Assembly (NCBI GenBank): GCA_965221605.1
Contig: CBDCSK010000004.1
Coordinates: 209,331 to 273,330, forward strand
Source of the DNA: Candidatus Aldehydirespirator sp.
Lineage (GTDB): Bacteria; Actinomycetota; Acidimicrobiia; Acidimicrobiales; Aldehydirespiratoraceae
Reading direction: 5' to 3'
DNA length: 64,000 nucleotides
Part shown: one piece after another, positions 62,221-64,000 of the stretch
Numbering within the stretch: position 1 is the first letter of the stretch
How the letters are laid out: every line of letters begins with the position of its first letter
The notes under the pieces: generated by a model
Seen by the model: the letters and a program-made list of their open reading frames with translations, nothing else
Database searches by the model: none
What the model was told of the DNA's origin: nothing
Position numbers and translations under genes: made by a program

Positions 62221-63636
62221 CTACTGGGCCTCCATGGGGTCGAGGAGCCTCGAGCCGGCTGACGTGTAGACCCTGAGCAGGTAGCAGGAGCCGTGTGCTA
62301 CCGCCTCGGCGCCGGTGGGGGCGTCCACCTCCCAGCGCACCGGCATCGCGATGCTCTGATGCGGCGCGGGCCACGAATCGAACAGCACGACGTCGCCGGT
62401 GCTGGGGCGCACGATCGCCGGGGTGGGCTCCCCGTCGCAGTCCCAGTCTCCGGTCGCGACGAAGTCTCCCGGCGCGCCGACGCCATAGAGCTGTCCGCCA
62501 TGCTCCAACACGGTGCCCACCTCGTGCCCGGTCAGCCCGTCGGGCGGTTCCCGATCCGTTCCGCCCGTGGCTGGCGAGAGCAGCGAGCCGTTGGCGGTTG
62601 AATCCATGGCGTTGCCGGCGCTTCCCCCTGGGGGCCTGGGTTCGGTTTCGATGCCGGGGCCGAGGATGCCGGGGATCATGGGAGCGGGAGCCGCGGCGGT
62701 GGCGTTTCCCCCTGGCGGTCTGGGTTCGGCTTCGATGCCGGCTTCGATGCCGGCTTCGATGCCGGCTTCGATGCTGGTTTCGATGCTGGGGCCGAGGATG
62801 CCGGGGATCATGGGAGCGGGCGCCGCGGCGGCTGGCAGGCGATCACCGGCTTCGGCTGAGGTGCTGTCCGGCGACATGGTTGGGTCCGTGAGCGGAGCGG
62901 CGCTGCCGGTGATGGTGACCGGCGCGCTCGCCGGCTGCCCGCGGCTCCGGATGCCTGCGGCCGCCACCGCGACCGAGGCGCACAGCACGACCGCGACCAC
63001 CAGCAACCTCATCCTGGGCCGAGCCCTGTGCCCGCGGCCCGCGTCGGCGGCTGCGGCCTGGCCTGGTTCGGTCGCGGTTGGTCGCTTGTCCGTGACCATG
63101 GCGAGCCTCCTGGCCAGCTCCCGGATGTCCAACCGTCCCGCCCGCGCCGCGTCGGCAAGATCCGACAGCTTCCCGGCGAGCGGCCCCTGCTCCATCGCGG
63201 GGTCATGGCAGAGGTCGGCGATGGCGACCAGGTCGCTACGCCGGTTCTCGGCGGTGGCTTCCGCGGCCTGCCGGAACCCGCAAAGCACGGGCCGGTCGCC
63301 GTCGCCGTGGAGCACGTGGGACGGGTCGATCCGGCAGTGGGCGAAACCCATGTCATGGAGGTCGCCGACCACCTCCGCGACCGCGGCCACAGCCGGGGCA
63401 CGATTGGCCGGATCGGTGATCGGCCGGGTGGACCAGGTGTCGGAGCTCACGAACTCGGTGAGCAGGGCCCGGCCGTGGTCGGTGGTCTCGACCAGATCGA
63501 CGAATCGCACCACGCCCGGATGGTCGACCCGCTGGAGGGTCTCGGCCTCTCGCTCGAGGTCGCGGGCGTGCGCGGCCGGAACCTGCTTGACCGCGATCAG
63601 GCGGTCGCCGGAGCGGCTGACGGTCACGGCCGCCAC
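62221..63636 (-). CDS. Membrane-anchored protein kinase-like protein with degenerate catalytic motifs (pseudokinase) and extracytoplasmic repeat/FG-GAP-like region
   Basis: 471 aa. Has kinase-like IAVKQV, EREAETLQRVDHPGVV and LLTEFV. The catalytic loop reads HCRIDPSHVL instead of HRDxKxxN. CGF replaces DFG. TM segment LLVVAVVLCASVAVAAAG. C-terminal GDWDCDG. Confidence 0.7.
   Translation of the reverse strand: MAAVTVSRSGDRLIAVKQVPAAHARDLEREAETLQRVDHPGVVRFVDLVETTDHGRALLTEFVSSDTWSTRPITDPANRAPAVAAVAEVVGDLHDMGFAHCRIDPSHVLHGDGDRPVLCGFRQAAEATAENRRSDLVAIADLCHDPAMEQGPLAGKLSDLADAARAGRLDIRELARRLAMVTDKRPTATEPGQAAAADAGRGHRARPRMRLLVVAVVLCASVAVAAAGIRSRGQPASAPVTITGSAAPLTDPTMSPDSTSAEAGDRLPAAAAPAPMIPGILGPSIETSIEAGIEAGIEAGIEAEPRPPGGNATAAAPAPMIPGILGPGIETEPRPPGGSAGNAMDSTANGSLLSPATGGTDREPPDGLTGHEVGTVLEHGGQLYGVGAPGDFVATGDWDCDGEPTPAIVRPSTGDVVLFDSWPAPHQSIAMPVRWEVDAPTGAEAVAHGSCYLLRVYTSAGSRLLDPMEAQ
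62727..62786. repeat. 12-bp tandem repeat x5 (cggcttcgatgc; last unit degenerate) inside the pseudokinase gene, nested in an ~80-bp duplication (62621-62699 / 62705-62831)
   Basis: Read directly from the sequence. Encodes (IEAG)n on the minus strand. The flanking duplicated block encodes APAPMIPGILGP.IET twice. Confidence 0.9.
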
Positions 63637-63799
63637 GGTCGGCCCTCCCGGTCTCGATCCCCGCTGTCACACGGCCCCGATAGAACTGACATCATGAACA
63701 TTGCTTTAAACTACATAAGACTGATTGAATCTACAATGTCGGGCCTGGCAGTCCTGCTAGATGTACTTCCCCGAGGCGGCCTGCCGGTAGCCTTGAGCG

Positions 63800-64000
63800 A
63801 TGGCCGGTCCGCAGATCGTGGCTGTCGCGTCCGGGTCGCCGGCCGAGCGGGCCGGGCTGCGGCCCGGGGACGAGATCGCGGCCATCGCCGGGGAGGCGCC
63901 CCGCGACGTCATCCGCTGGCAGCTGCTCAGCGACGGGGCCGAGATCCCCCTTGACGTTCACCGGGAGGGCGACCGGTTCGCGCTGGTGGTCCACAAGCGC
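63800..64000 (+). CDS. PDZ-domain protein, N-terminal part (partial; continues beyond the window)
   Basis: The ATG at 63800 gives MAGPQIVAVASGSPAERAGLRPGDEIAAIAGEAPRDVIRWQLL..., a PDZ-like GSPAERAGLRPGDEI motif. There is no stop before the window end. Preceded by an unusually AT-rich 100-bp stretch. Confidence 0.55.
   Translation, partial: MAGPQIVAVASGSPAERAGLRPGDEIAAIAGEAPRDVIRWQLLSDGAEIPLDVHREGDRFALVVHKR

Noticed and set aside
63701-63737. Sigma70-like promoter (TACAAT at 63732-63737) in the AT-rich stretch upstream of the PDZ gene
   Set aside because: A good -10-like hexamer is present, but there is no convincing -35 at 16-18 bp spacing. The host sigma-factor consensus is unknown. It is too weak to call as a feature.

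Overview
High-GC (roughly 65-70% by eye) actinobacterial chromosome segment, possibly Acidimicrobiia-like. All calls rest on reading the supplied ORF translations and the nucleotide sequence. No database searches were run, so family names come from recognised motifs only.

Most of the window is core or metabolic:
- Housekeeping block at 51.9-62.2 kb: comEA, comEC, holA, rpsT, lepA, hrcA, dnaJ, rsmE.
- Fe-type superoxide dismutase and thiol peroxidase (tpx).
- An arylsulfatase / amidohydrolase / gluconolactonase group.
- A large acyl-CoA catabolic region: six acyl-CoA dehydrogenases, three family-III CoA-transferases, a double hot-dog hydratase and an HpcH-type aldolase.

Two accessory regions stand out:
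- Region 1-4650 is a mobile-element and toxin-antitoxin patch. It holds a partial IS1380 copy, hicAB, vapBC, a hicA fragment, a GIY-YIG-like orphan gene and a complete IS256 element.
- Region 40186-50807 is a ~10.6-kb integrative island at tRNA-Ala(GGC). It is bounded by a 19-bp direct repeat. It carries a tyrosine integrase, an SLH-domain protein, a nucleotidyltransferase-type two-gene module, and a complete IS1380 with a TTTAG target duplication. It also carries a 1203-aa DUF4062(TIR-like)-helical repeat-PIN protein, which I consider the best candidate for a novel single-gene conflict/defence system.

Other leads:
- A four-gene envelope redox cluster at 16546-23615. It contains a membrane-fused Mo-oxidoreductase, two 14-repeat RCC1-like lipoproteins and a YceI + CxxCH + PHM/DBH-like copper monooxygenase fusion.
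- An in-frame Rieske / MetE-like chimera inside a marR-cupin operon.
- A mazF gene frameshifted in a G4 run.
- A 138-bp intergenic repeat family.
- A catalytically degenerate membrane pseudokinase.

No rRNA genes and no CRISPR array were seen.
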